Both the position numbers and the translations under genes were made by a program. Positions 1 through 9,238 of a DNA stretch of 24,960 nt are shown here, one piece after another. Source of the DNA: Tortispora ganteri (Eukaryota); the NCBI GenBank assembly GCA_003707115.1, contig PPNB01000029.1, positions 62,001 through 86,960 on the forward strand, read 5' to 3'. The notes under the pieces are model-generated. The model was given only the letters and a program-made list of their open reading frames with translations, was not told the DNA's origin and ran no database searches. Positions within the stretch are counted from its first letter, which is position 1. Each line of letters starts with the position of its first letter.

Positions 1-1420
1 GTAGGTAAGCGCAAATTTCAGAAACCTTGTAGGCATCAACTGACATCAGGTTAATAATTTTACCCTGTTGAGCAGTGCCAGATATATTGCTAGAGTCCTC
101 ATCATCGCCTTGTTCCGTGTCTTTTCCTTTAGGTGAGCTTTCTTCGGAATTTTCATCAGCATCGTTGTCGCTTGAAGAAGTGTAGACTCGACGACGCAGA
201 GCTTTGGAGTATATCTCGGACACAAGGACGGCACGAATGCGAATACACAATATTCTTCCAACATAAAGGGCCTGACCAGAAAACGCAGAAGAGCATATTT
301 GGCTGACGCCTAGACCGATTGCGTAGAGCCAAGACATTGAAGCACGGGCATTGGAAGGGTCTTCAATGTAGTCGAGGATTGCCTTCATGAGGTATATGGG
401 GACGATATCGGAGAGAGCCGACAGGAATGCCCAGAAGAAAGCGAGGGATATTTCCTTTTTAAAGAACGATATGAGGGCCCAAGTCAAAGAAGAGTAAGAA
501 CCGAACCTGCGGAAGTTATTAGCGACATAGACAGAATGATCTGCAGGGCGGACGTCAGGAACAGCATCCAGGTCAATGGATTTTTTGACGGAACCAAAGA
601 TCAGGCTGTCTAAGAAAGTGTAAGTAGCCTTAGAGAGGATAGAGGCAGTGGGATCCGGGGCAGGGGCGGTACCCTTTTTATGTTCGATAATTGTGTTTGA
701 GTTAGTGATTCGTGAGGTGGATACGGAAAGCAGCAACAAGGAGTGTAACGCAAAGTACCAGTAAAAAAGGCCAAAGAAGTAGGAGTCGCTGTGACCAAGT
801 AGAGCGGATCTCCAGCAGAGCAGTGCACCCAAGTAAAGAAAGAATATGATAGAGGTGGAGTGGTACCAGAGTCTGCGGAGCGATTCGGAACGTGGGAGGA
901 TGAGACGGACTAGATAGAGTAAAAACAGGTATGACCATACGGCCACAGAGCCATGAGCAGCTGCGAGGGCCGACGGGTTGCTATTGGTTAAGTTTGAGTA
1001 GGAGGAGCATGCGCAGAATAGGATAGCGAGGACACAAGCGAGTTCAATGAAATTGCGTAAACGTTTGTATTTGGGCGCGTCTACAGTGAGTACAGACTCT
1101 GTGACGTGCGAAAGGTCAATGACTTTTGACTGAGAAGCGGCCATAATGGAATCCGAAGTCAAAGGAGCATGGTGTACAGGGTCGATGGTACCATAAGAGG
1201 GAGATGAATCTGCAAGGAGAGGTGCATGAGGCTCAGATGCATCGCCACGCATCCATGTCCATTTAAGCAGTGTCTGGTAAGATAGAGACAACAAAGAAAC
1301 CAGTACGAGCAGGGCCGGTAGGTAGAGGCCTATATAGTAGCTACGTGTGCATTGCGAGAGGTCGTCACCGAGCCAGACGATAGGGCAGCTGGTGTTGGCA
1401 ATTGCAGGCTCTTCGAGCAT
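1..1420 (-). CDS. YBT1: ABCC/MRP-type vacuolar ABC transporter (Ybt1/Vmr1-like), 5' part only; runs off the window start
   Basis: Manual translation gives an uninterrupted frame from ATG 1420 to base 2 (MLEEPAIANTSCPIVWLGDDLSQCTRSYY...). It includes hydrophobic N-terminal helices, an EPHAPLL...SYGT dileucine-like signal, GQALYVGRILCIRIRAVLVSEIYSKALRR and GKIINLMSVDAYKVSEICAYL, typical of Ybt1 TMD1. No stop codon falls in the window, so the ORF track omits it. Confidence 0.88.
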   Translation of the reverse strand, partial: MLEEPAIANTSCPIVWLGDDLSQCTRSYYIGLYLPALLVLVSLLSLSYQTLLKWTWMRGDASEPHAPLLADSSPSYGTIDPVHHAPLTSDSIMAASQSKVIDLSHVTESVLTVDAPKYKRLRNFIELACVLAILFCACSSYSNLTNSNPSALAAAHGSVAVWSYLFLLYLVRLILPRSESLRRLWYHSTSIIFFLYLGALLCWRSALLGHSDSYFFGLFYWYFALHSLLLLSVSTSRITNSNTIIEHKKGTAPAPDPTASILSKATYTFLDSLIFGSVKKSIDLDAVPDVRPADHSVYVANNFRRFGSYSSLTWALISFFKKEISLAFFWAFLSALSDIVPIYLMKAILDYIEDPSNARASMSWLYAIGLGVSQICSSAFSGQALYVGRILCIRIRAVLVSEIYSKALRRRVYTSSSDNDADENSEESSPKGKDTEQGDDEDSSNISGTAQQGKIINLMSVDAYKVSEICAYL

Positions 1421-1687
1421 CAATAATAGTTGTGCACTAATAGTATATGTACACAATAGATTATAAAAATCTTGTAATAGTGGTTAATTGAGCAGGGAAT
1501 GGCGATAGTGCGTACAATAAAGAGGGCCAAGGAGAGAGAAAGAGTGAAAAAAATAGTTCATATTTTGTACGGCAAAAAAATAAGGTTTTAACAGTTGGGA
1601 ACGGTCTTGAAATGTGTAAGTCCGCGCCGCACAATTGCTAAAATTAAAAAGTCATACCTTTTTTTTTGTGAAATTTTAACCGATCGA

Positions 1688-4138
1688 ATGAATGAAGACG
1701 CTGATTTAAAGAAAAAAAAACATTTAGAACGACTTGAACGGTTAAAGAAATGGAAACAGTCACGTGTCAACTCTGAGATTTCAATTGCAGTTAAGCAAAG
1801 TCCTACAATAACGACCAAACCTGTATCCATAAGTCTAGGTAAACATGTACGCAAACGACCTGCACAGTCTGCACGTGCAAAAGAATTCCTTGATACTGAC
1901 GATATAGACACACAAACGTATAAACGGCATAGGATTGATTTGTCTGATGATGATGAAACTGATTTAGGTGGTTTAGGTAACTCTCCTAGCGGTTCGAATG
2001 ATTCCGATCCATTAGATCTCTTCATGGATTCACTCGAAAGTACTACTCCGCTCGTACATGGCCATACTGACATATACAATAGTGAATCAGAGATAGAAAT
2101 GAATGAATATTCAGATGATATTGCATATACAGATGATACTGCATATACAGATCCAGTTGCTTTGTTACAGGCAGCCAAGGTGCGCACTAAGAAGAACGTT
2201 ACCTCAATCGATCACACACAGATCCAATATCATCCATTTCGTAAAGCTTTTTACACAGAACCGCAGGAGCTTGCAATGCTTACTTCAGATGAACTGTCTG
2301 AGTTACGTCTTTTGAAAGGCGATATCAAGGTCAAAGGTAAGGCCTGTCCGGCTCCTATATCCCGCTGGACGCAACTGGGCTTACCAACTCAGATAATGTC
2401 AGTCATAGAATCACTTAATTACGATACACCAACACCTATTCAGTCGCAGGCGTTGCCAGTACTTATGTCCGGTAGGGATCTTGTCGCTATTGCACAAACA
2501 GGCTCAGGGAAGACAATGTCATTTCTGTTACCCCTCTTTCGCCATGTCGTCGATCAGCCGCCTCTGCAAAACAGTCCAGGATTTATTGCTCTGGTACTGA
2601 CTCCTACGCGTGAGCTCGCCATACAAATACGCAGGGAATGCAAACCGTTCTTGAAAGCTTTGTCCCTCAGAAGTATATGTGCATACGGCGGGTACCCACT
2701 AAAAGATCAAATCGCAGAGTTCAAACGAGGGGCGGAAATAGTTATCTCTACTCCCGGACGCCTCATAGATATACTCACTGCAAATAATGGTAAAGTGACC
2801 AGCTTGAGCAGGGTTACATACCTCGTCCTCGACGAAGCAGACCGCATGTTCGACATGGGGTTTGAACCACAGGTTTCCAAAATTATCCAGAATATTCGCC
2901 CCGATAAGCAATTTGCCCTTTTTTCTGCCACATTCCCACGACACCTTGAAGTATTGGCTCGCAAAGTCCTCCATAAGCCTATCGAAATAATTGTTGGCGC
3001 TAAAAGCGTCGTCGCGGAGAACGTCACACAGGTAGTCGAGCTACTATCAGAAGATACCAAGTTTATTCGCTTGCTCGAACTCCTGGGGAGATTTACGCTT
3101 AATGACGACAGTGCTAGGATCTTGATATTTGTTGAAAAACAGGAATCTGCAGATAATTTACTGAAAATGCTCTTCACAAAGGGTTATCGCTGTGGTTCGA
3201 TACACGGTGGTAAAGAGCAATTTGATCGTGATAGCATGTTTGCAGACTTCAAAAACGGAGTAATTAACGTTCTTATTGCTACTTCTGTGGCCGCACGAGG
3301 GCTTGATGTCAAAGAACTGAAACTCGTCATTAATTACGATTGCCCTAGTCACATGGAAGATTATGTCCATAGAGTGGGCAGAACTGGGCGTGCAGGTGCA
3401 TCCGGCACCGCGTACACTTTTGTTACTCCTGACCAGGGTAGAAAAGCGCTAGGCGTAATAAAAGCTCTCGAAGCCAGTGGCCAAACTGTCCCTGAAGATA
3501 TCCAGAAACTCAAAGACGATTATATCAAGCAAGCCGAAGATAAAGGCCAAAAGCTTCCGTCAGGTTTTGGCGGGTCTGGGCTAGACAAGCTCGATCAGCT
3601 ACGAAATCTATCTCAACATAGAGAGAGAATTGCATATGGTGAAGAGGAGCAGAATAACCAGAAAGAGGAAGTAGACGAAAATGGAGACCTGGTTATACCA
3701 CCTGACTCAAATACGCTCATCGCACCTTCTGTGTTGAAAGCCTCGTCAGCTGTTTTGAAGTCCAATCACTCTTCCGGATCTGCACCATCTAACAAGGAAA
3801 CAAAAACAATCACAAATGATAATGACGGAGCTAAGTATCATGCTACATTTACCATTAACGACTTCCCGGCGAAAGCACGTTGGGCAGCTACGAACAGAAC
3901 TAACGTGGTAAGACTTATCGATAATCTGAACATCAGTGTTACCAACAAAGGTACATACTATCCAGAAGGCAAAGAGCCTGGTCCCAATGATGATCCGAAG
4001 CTTTACCTCCTGATAGAAGGAGACACTAAGGAATCAGTGGAGATCGCTATCAAGGAGTTGCAGCGTCTCGTTACCGAAGCAATGTCCGATATTATTACCA
4101 ATGACACAAAGCCGTCAGGCCGATATTCAGTTGTGTGA
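1688..4138 (+). CDS. PRP5: Pre-mRNA splicing DEAD-box RNA helicase Prp5/DDX46
   Basis: Motifs TPTPIQ, AQTGSGKT, PTRELA, DEAD, SAT and HRVGRTGRAG, plus the Prp5-specific DPLD motif and C-terminal INDFP..ARW / KLYLLIEG. Start set at the first ATG (1688), not the TTG at 1595. Confidence 0.95.
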   Translation: MNEDADLKKKKHLERLERLKKWKQSRVNSEISIAVKQSPTITTKPVSISLGKHVRKRPAQSARAKEFLDTDDIDTQTYKRHRIDLSDDDETDLGGLGNSPSGSNDSDPLDLFMDSLESTTPLVHGHTDIYNSESEIEMNEYSDDIAYTDDTAYTDPVALLQAAKVRTKKNVTSIDHTQIQYHPFRKAFYTEPQELAMLTSDELSELRLLKGDIKVKGKACPAPISRWTQLGLPTQIMSVIESLNYDTPTPIQSQALPVLMSGRDLVAIAQTGSGKTMSFLLPLFRHVVDQPPLQNSPGFIALVLTPTRELAIQIRRECKPFLKALSLRSICAYGGYPLKDQIAEFKRGAEIVISTPGRLIDILTANNGKVTSLSRVTYLVLDEADRMFDMGFEPQVSKIIQNIRPDKQFALFSATFPRHLEVLARKVLHKPIEIIVGAKSVVAENVTQVVELLSEDTKFIRLLELLGRFTLNDDSARILIFVEKQESADNLLKMLFTKGYRCGSIHGGKEQFDRDSMFADFKNGVINVLIATSVAARGLDVKELKLVINYDCPSHMEDYVHRVGRTGRAGASGTAYTFVTPDQGRKALGVIKALEASGQTVPEDIQKLKDDYIKQAEDKGQKLPSGFGGSGLDKLDQLRNLSQHRERIAYGEEEQNNQKEEVDENGDLVIPPDSNTLIAPSVLKASSAVLKSNHSSGSAPSNKETKTITNDNDGAKYHATFTINDFPAKARWAATNRTNVVRLIDNLNISVTNKGTYYPEGKEPGPNDDPKLYLLIEGDTKESVEIAIKELQRLVTEAMSDIITNDTKPSGRYSVV
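2112..2152 (+). repeat. 18-bp in-frame tandem duplication within PRP5
   Basis: gatgatattgcatataca followed by gatgatactgcatataca (1 mismatch), encoding DDIAYT-DDTAYT. Confidence 0.85.
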
Positions 4139-4291
4139 TACAAATTGAAGAATGACAAGAAGTTTATGAAATTTCTGTGTATAGAATAAAGGTCATTTTT
4201 GACAAGGTCAAATTAGTATTATCACGGTACCCAGAGAATGCAAGGGTCGCAGATCCAGACCCGTGCAGGAGGCAGTCTCTAGCTGGAACAT

Positions 4292-4627
4292 TTAGTCGAA
4301 TATAAGAGGTTCAGATTTATCCTTAGTACCAGCTTCCGACAAGAGCGTTGTTTGATTTTTACGGCGTTCTTGCTCCAGTTTAGTACCTAAAGCTCCCTTA
4401 GGAGCGGCTGACTTGTTTCGAGATTCGGCTGCAAGAGCCGCCGCGCTTCGAGGATCGTAGGATGATCCATTGCCATCGGATGACTCTCCAAGTTTTCGCC
4501 CTTCTCCCTGATAAGCAGGTTTCTTAGGTTTAATAGGAACTGAAGATCGTCCATGGGAATTGGAAGCCGAACCCAGCGTGCGCCCTTCCCCAGGATACTC
4601 CTCGTGTTTGCTCATGCAAGAACCCAT
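4292..4627 (-). CDS. Small N-myristoylated/palmitoylated SVIP-family protein (S. cerevisiae YGL108C-like), putative Cdc48/p97 adaptor
   Basis: N-terminus MGSCMSK (Gly2, Cys4, Ser6); YPGEGRTLG and YQGEGRKLG; RSAAALAAESR fits the VIM Rx5AAx2R; KGALGTKLEQER and the terminal LIFD resemble YGL108C. Confidence 0.8.
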   Translation of the reverse strand: MGSCMSKHEEYPGEGRTLGSASNSHGRSSVPIKPKKPAYQGEGRKLGESSDGNGSSYDPRSAAALAAESRNKSAAPKGALGTKLEQERRKNQTTLLSEAGTKDKSEPLIFD

Positions 4628-4798
4628 ATTATGTAGTATATATTATAATATAATCTATCAATTGAGATTTGAAGCTTCTGAATCACAAGATAGCGGCCGG
4701 TCTAAGGCTTTGCAGTTTGAAATAAGATCAAACAGTGTCAAAACGGAGGTGAAATGATGGGGTCCTACTGCGATTTCGATACTCCAACTAAGGCCTCT

Positions 4799-4810
4799 GA
4801 TTGGCCAATC
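4799..4810. promoter_or_regulatory. Palindromic double CCAAT box upstream of the SVIP-like gene
   Basis: Perfect 12-bp palindrome GATTGGCCAATC about 170 bp upstream of ATG 4627. Confidence 0.35.
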
Positions 4811-5030
4811 GATTTTAATAACACTGATCTATCTCAGAACTACAATAACCCCGTTAAAAAAAGTATGATCGCGTAACTACATAAATTGTATAAAAGCGCA
4901 AAAGCAAGTGCGTGTACATATAACCTGCAAAATTGCCGATAGCAGGTATATTATAAAAAGGAACGATATTAGAACCGAATGCCCGTGAATCAGGTTGTTG
5001 TCATGAATAAAGATCTGAATGCTTTTCGTG

Positions 5031-7691
5031 TTAAATAGATAATCTGTAGCCTAGCGAGGTAGCTCGATGTATTTCAACCAGGTGGTTGACGAGTCTTCTT
5101 CGAGTAGCGAGACTCAAATCGACTATCTCTAAGTCCTCGCTACCAATGTATTTGCGTGCTCTAATGACGCATTTCTCAATACTAGGCGAGATGTGATTTA
5201 GGCACGAATCTTCTTCCTCTCCGTCAGATCCATTGGTTGCGTTAATTAGATCAATAGCATGTGTTGCACGAGTAACAGCAACAAACTCAAGGAGTCCGAA
5301 ATGTTGACTGTCGCTAGTTTTTACTCGCGACAGAAGCTCCCGAGCTTTCGATAAGTAGTTAGCCGCAGCAGCTTGCACTGCTAGCGAGTATCTCAACACA
5401 AATGCTGTCTGTTCTTTGTATGTGTGTGTCCAGCTCAGCTTCGCCTCGTTTACCGGAAAGTTTCTCGGCCATTCGTAAGCAGCCGTCAACGTACCTGAGC
5501 TGTTGCTACTACTGTCACTGCTGCTTAAACCACTCTCATCGACAGAATCAGTAGACGTTGAAGCCAAAAGTGATTCATCATCTTCGCTATCGTCAGATAC
5601 ATCTTCTTCGTCAGATTCATTCACGTGATATGTTTTGATAACTTCCACATCCGATTTGATTTCAGAATTAACAAACTCAAACGCTTCTTTCAAAGCATTG
5701 CGGCTTTCCATATAGCCACTGAAAAGAACCGCTTTGGCAAGGATAGCCCTGTGCTTAACCAAGCTGCCCTTGGGAGCGAGAGAAATAGCCAAGTTGACTT
5801 CCTTCAAAACGTTAGGCTTTGGAGTCAGGACTTCTAAGCTAGATCTATGCTTGACATCGCTACAGTCTGCTCGAGAAATAGCGCTTAGCTCATCCAAAAG
5901 CACTTTCCTCAATATTCCAGAAGAATACCAAGCTGCAAGCGCATCAATAGCGGTCTTGATTCCGTAATCCTTAGTCACAGAATCAGACCCACAGTCCCCT
6001 AGCCCTTCAGTGCCTTCAGGAAGTTTGTAGTGAAGTGCCCAACATGTGAATCTAACTATAACTTCTTCGCGAAATACGTCGTTAAAATCTGCCTTAAGAA
6101 GAGATTTTAGCCGTTCATCGACGATACCTACATTATCATCCGTAGCAAGTTTCTGAGCAATAGTCCACCATCTGCGAGCTATATAAGAGGCTTGCTTTTC
6201 GAAGACACTATTGTGACCAAGAATCAAGATCTGAATGACGTTGAGAATAGTGAGTTCAACATCTGTAGGAGCGGATGTAGACTTGAGTAATGCTGATGAT
6301 ATTCTAATTTTCGTGCATTGCGGGTCTTCACCACGTATTTGTGTATCAATAGCACCTTTAAGTGCAGCAGAGGTGTAAGAAAATCGGCGCAGACCGATTG
6401 AGCACTGAAGAGCACGTAAAGACTCTATTACAACAGATGAAAGACCCTGTAGGGTTAAATTTGGTCCTGGTAAGGATAGCCGATCAATTGAGGCAGAATT
6501 AGACAAAGCGGATGATGCAGTGGAATTAGGATTCAAGCCCGATATCCGCGAGGATTGTTTCTTTTGCGAGGAGCTTGACTTGGAAGAAGATATATCATAG
6601 AACAAAAGTAATGATTGCGTTATGACGTAAAGTGAAATCAAAACCAAAACAAAAGACTTTGCCGCTGGAAGACCTCCATAGATAGAGAGCATGTGAGTAA
6701 GTGGGAAAGCCGACAGACCGGATTCGTTATCTGAAGATTTTGTGTCGACAGACATTATCATAAGTCCAGTCATAGCACCTAAAGCAATTCGGCCGCCCCT
6801 AGACGAGTAGTCTGAAGACATGAGCACCACATCAGACCCATCGCTTCCGTTGGGCGACAGTTCGTTACCAGAAGACATATCTAAACCAGTGGTGGGCCCG
6901 GAGCTAAAAGTAGAATCGCTTAAGGGAGAATCGCCTTTCTTGAGTTTGCAGAGCTCAGAAGCCAATCTGCGGTTAGTATTTTCTAAATGCAAGATATATT
7001 CTGCAGCTTTGGTAAGGATAGTGGCCTTATTAAGTTTGCGAGCAGGTTCTAAACCTTGCAAATCCTCCTCAGACTCAGTGGATTCAAAGCCAGAGAGTTT
7101 TCTGGCAGTTACACGCAGAGAGGGAACGCACTGGCAAAGGGCGAAGATGCGATCGTTAATATTTGTTCTATATTTCTTCTCGATCATGTTGTGAGGCGAT
7201 TTCTTAGTAATTTTTTTGCGTTTTGATGAATCGGATGAGGCGGAAGAGGATTTGAATACAGCTTTGTGGTCCTTAGAGGCGATAGTTGACCGGTCTTGCT
7301 GTCCCTGTTGTGGAGAAGAAACTTGGATGTGTTCCATATCAATGTCTAAGCCGGATTCGCCAAGAATAGGGTCTTGATGATTGTTTAAACCAGAATCTTC
7401 AAATGAGTTATGTCCAGGATTTAAGTAGTGATTTGTGTTGACGGAATCCGGCGAGGTAGTATAGGAGCCAGAGGCTTCGGAGAGCGATGTAGGAGAGTAC
7501 TTGTTTGAATCGAAGCTGGAACCAAACACCGGAACATCAAAGGAATCTGGCATGTCAACGCAGGGGTCATTCAAATTCTTCAAGGCATCAGTATCGTAGG
7601 TGCTCAAATTTTCAAGAAACCCGTCGCATTCATCAAAATCAAACACGGTAGAGCCAGATGTGTCTTCCTTAAACACGTTAAACATGTCCAT
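5031..7691 (-). CDS. SRE1: SREBP-family bHLH transcription factor, full length (Sre1/SrbA/Cph2-like)
   Basis: Basic region HNMIEKKYRTNINDRI carries the SREBP-diagnostic Tyr; helix 2/zipper KLNKATILTKAAEYILHLE; hydrophobic segments flank GLSAFP; long C-terminal region with DUF2014-like AIDTQIRGED and DALAAWYSS. Confidence 0.9.
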   Translation of the reverse strand: MDMFNVFKEDTSGSTVFDFDECDGFLENLSTYDTDALKNLNDPCVDMPDSFDVPVFGSSFDSNKYSPTSLSEASGSYTTSPDSVNTNHYLNPGHNSFEDSGLNNHQDPILGESGLDIDMEHIQVSSPQQGQQDRSTIASKDHKAVFKSSSASSDSSKRKKITKKSPHNMIEKKYRTNINDRIFALCQCVPSLRVTARKLSGFESTESEEDLQGLEPARKLNKATILTKAAEYILHLENTNRRLASELCKLKKGDSPLSDSTFSSGPTTGLDMSSGNELSPNGSDGSDVVLMSSDYSSRGGRIALGAMTGLMIMSVDTKSSDNESGLSAFPLTHMLSIYGGLPAAKSFVLVLISLYVITQSLLLFYDISSSKSSSSQKKQSSRISGLNPNSTASSALSNSASIDRLSLPGPNLTLQGLSSVVIESLRALQCSIGLRRFSYTSAALKGAIDTQIRGEDPQCTKIRISSALLKSTSAPTDVELTILNVIQILILGHNSVFEKQASYIARRWWTIAQKLATDDNVGIVDERLKSLLKADFNDVFREEVIVRFTCWALHYKLPEGTEGLGDCGSDSVTKDYGIKTAIDALAAWYSSGILRKVLLDELSAISRADCSDVKHRSSLEVLTPKPNVLKEVNLAISLAPKGSLVKHRAILAKAVLFSGYMESRNALKEAFEFVNSEIKSDVEVIKTYHVNESDEEDVSDDSEDDESLLASTSTDSVDESGLSSSDSSSNSSGTLTAAYEWPRNFPVNEAKLSWTHTYKEQTAFVLRYSLAVQAAAANYLSKARELLSRVKTSDSQHFGLLEFVAVTRATHAIDLINATNGSDGEEEDSCLNHISPSIEKCVIRARKYIGSEDLEIVDLSLATRRRLVNHLVEIHRATSLGYRLSI

Positions 7692-7885
7692 TTTAGAGGC
7701 AGGTGATACACGCTATCGCAAAACAAACAAATAAACTCTTAAGTACAAATAGAAGAAGTTATATACCCCGAAAAGAGTAGCTTGCTTATCCGTTATATCG
7801 AAGTGTAGTAGAGTCTGTAGAGAAGGTAATAGAGCACCTTGCATAGGATAGGTGAAAAAATGAGAAGTGGTCTGATTCTGATTGT

Positions 7886-7926
7886 ATTGGGAGGAAAAAC
7901 TGTCTCTGATTGGATACAGGTCCAAT
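7886..7926. promoter_or_regulatory. Cluster of three CCAAT boxes upstream of SREBP
   Basis: ATTGG at 7886-7890 and 7909-7913, and CCAAT at 7922-7926. Confidence 0.4.
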
Positions 7927-8361
7927 TAAAGTTTTAGATTTTACTATGGCAGATCCTTTTAACCGCATTTGACCGATAATGCACGGCTATGTGGGGGGGG
8001 CGCTGCATTTAGGTATAAACTAATAATTATTAAATTTAGGCATATAGTAGCGTTATAAGAAAGAGCTAATTGCAATGCGATATCCGCAATTTTGACAGAC
8101 GCAGAGACAGGTTGCGAGGGCGGAACGCGAAACTGTAGGAATCGCTCCACAGAAAATTGGACCGAAAAGGAGGTATCATCGTGTGGGTTTGCCACGCGAA
8201 AAGTCTCGGCGTAAAATCAATCCGAATGCATTTAGCTCGAGGCGAATATAATAAAACAAATAACTTCAGATATACTATGCGATTATGCTGATATCCAAAA
8301 AGAAACAGATATTAACGATAAAGCAGACTATTAGGAGTAAGTATGATTCGTTTAGACAGGC

Positions 8362-8841
8362 TTACAACAACTTCTCGATCTCAGATTCAAGAGACTCAGG
8401 GCTCTTGACGCTGCTAAAACGTCCAACAACTTCACCATTCTTATTGACCAAAAACTTCTCAAAGTTCCATTTGATACCCTTAAAACCGAGAAGCCCGGAC
8501 TTTTTTGATTTCAGGAAGTTGTACACGGGATCGGCGTTATCGCCGTTGACATCAATTTTCTTCATGATCGGGAACTCAACGCCGTAGTTGAGCTCGCAGA
8601 AGGACGCAATCTCTTCGTCTGTTCCCGGTTCCTGTTTAGCGAATTGATTGCACGGAAATCCGATAATCACGAGTCCGCGATCCTTGTACTTCTTATAAAG
8701 CTCCTGCAAGCCCTTGTACTGCGGAGTGAAGCCACACTTTGAAGCGACATTCACAATAAGCACGACTTTGCCCTTCAATTGTGCGAAATCATAAGGTTGG
8801 CCGGTCTTATCCAAAGGTTTTAGGTCGTAAAATGATGACAT
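8362..8841 (-). CDS. HYR1: Cys-type glutathione peroxidase-like peroxiredoxin (Hyr1/Gpx family)
   Basis: NVASKCGFT, GFPCNQF and IKWNFEKFL motifs, with resolving Cys in FCELNYGV. The exact paralogue (GPX2 vs HYR1) cannot be resolved. Confidence 0.93.
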   Translation of the reverse strand: MSSFYDLKPLDKTGQPYDFAQLKGKVVLIVNVASKCGFTPQYKGLQELYKKYKDRGLVIIGFPCNQFAKQEPGTDEEIASFCELNYGVEFPIMKKIDVNGDNADPVYNFLKSKKSGLLGFKGIKWNFEKFLVNKNGEVVGRFSSVKSPESLESEIEKLL

Positions 8842-9055
8842 TTTTATTGCTGTTATCCACTAAATAATCTGGTTGCGAGTGTCTGTTTATGAAATCGTTA
8901 AAGTAAGTTTTCGAAGAAGATTTCTTCGCCACTTGTGTAATACCCCGGGAGAATATTCTGGAGATCAACATTCATGTGAACAGCCGTGCCTGAAAGTAGG
9001 GTTTCGTACTTTCACCGAGCCCTACACATGCCAATAATATATATATTTTACCTGT

Positions 9056-9062
9056 TTAGTAA
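9056..9062. promoter_or_regulatory. Yap1/AP-1-like response element upstream of the peroxidase
   Basis: TTAGTAA (= TTACTAA) about 215 bp upstream of ATG 8841, next to a TATA-like (AT)n tract at about 9037-9049. Confidence 0.5.
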
Positions 9063-9238
9063 GTCGTAAAAATTAATAAAAAAGTAGATACAGAGTTCAG
9101 AGAATGTCATAGTTATTTTGCTAATAATATCATTGCTATTCGCGTTGGTATCAAAACCGATGCGGTGCTTCTTGAGCGCGGCGCAATGCAGCTCACACAA
9201 AAATAGGCGGTTTTCAAAAAATGTCATCAGTTTATTAA

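Noticed and set aside
46..938. Three short minus-strand ORFs suggesting a fragmented pseudogene
   Set aside because: They are alternative-frame shadows of the intact ABC transporter frame.
8275..8364. Stop-codon readthrough adding a hydrophobic tail to the peroxidase
   Set aside because: TAA-G is not a leaky context, and T-rich 3' UTRs give hydrophobic translations by chance.
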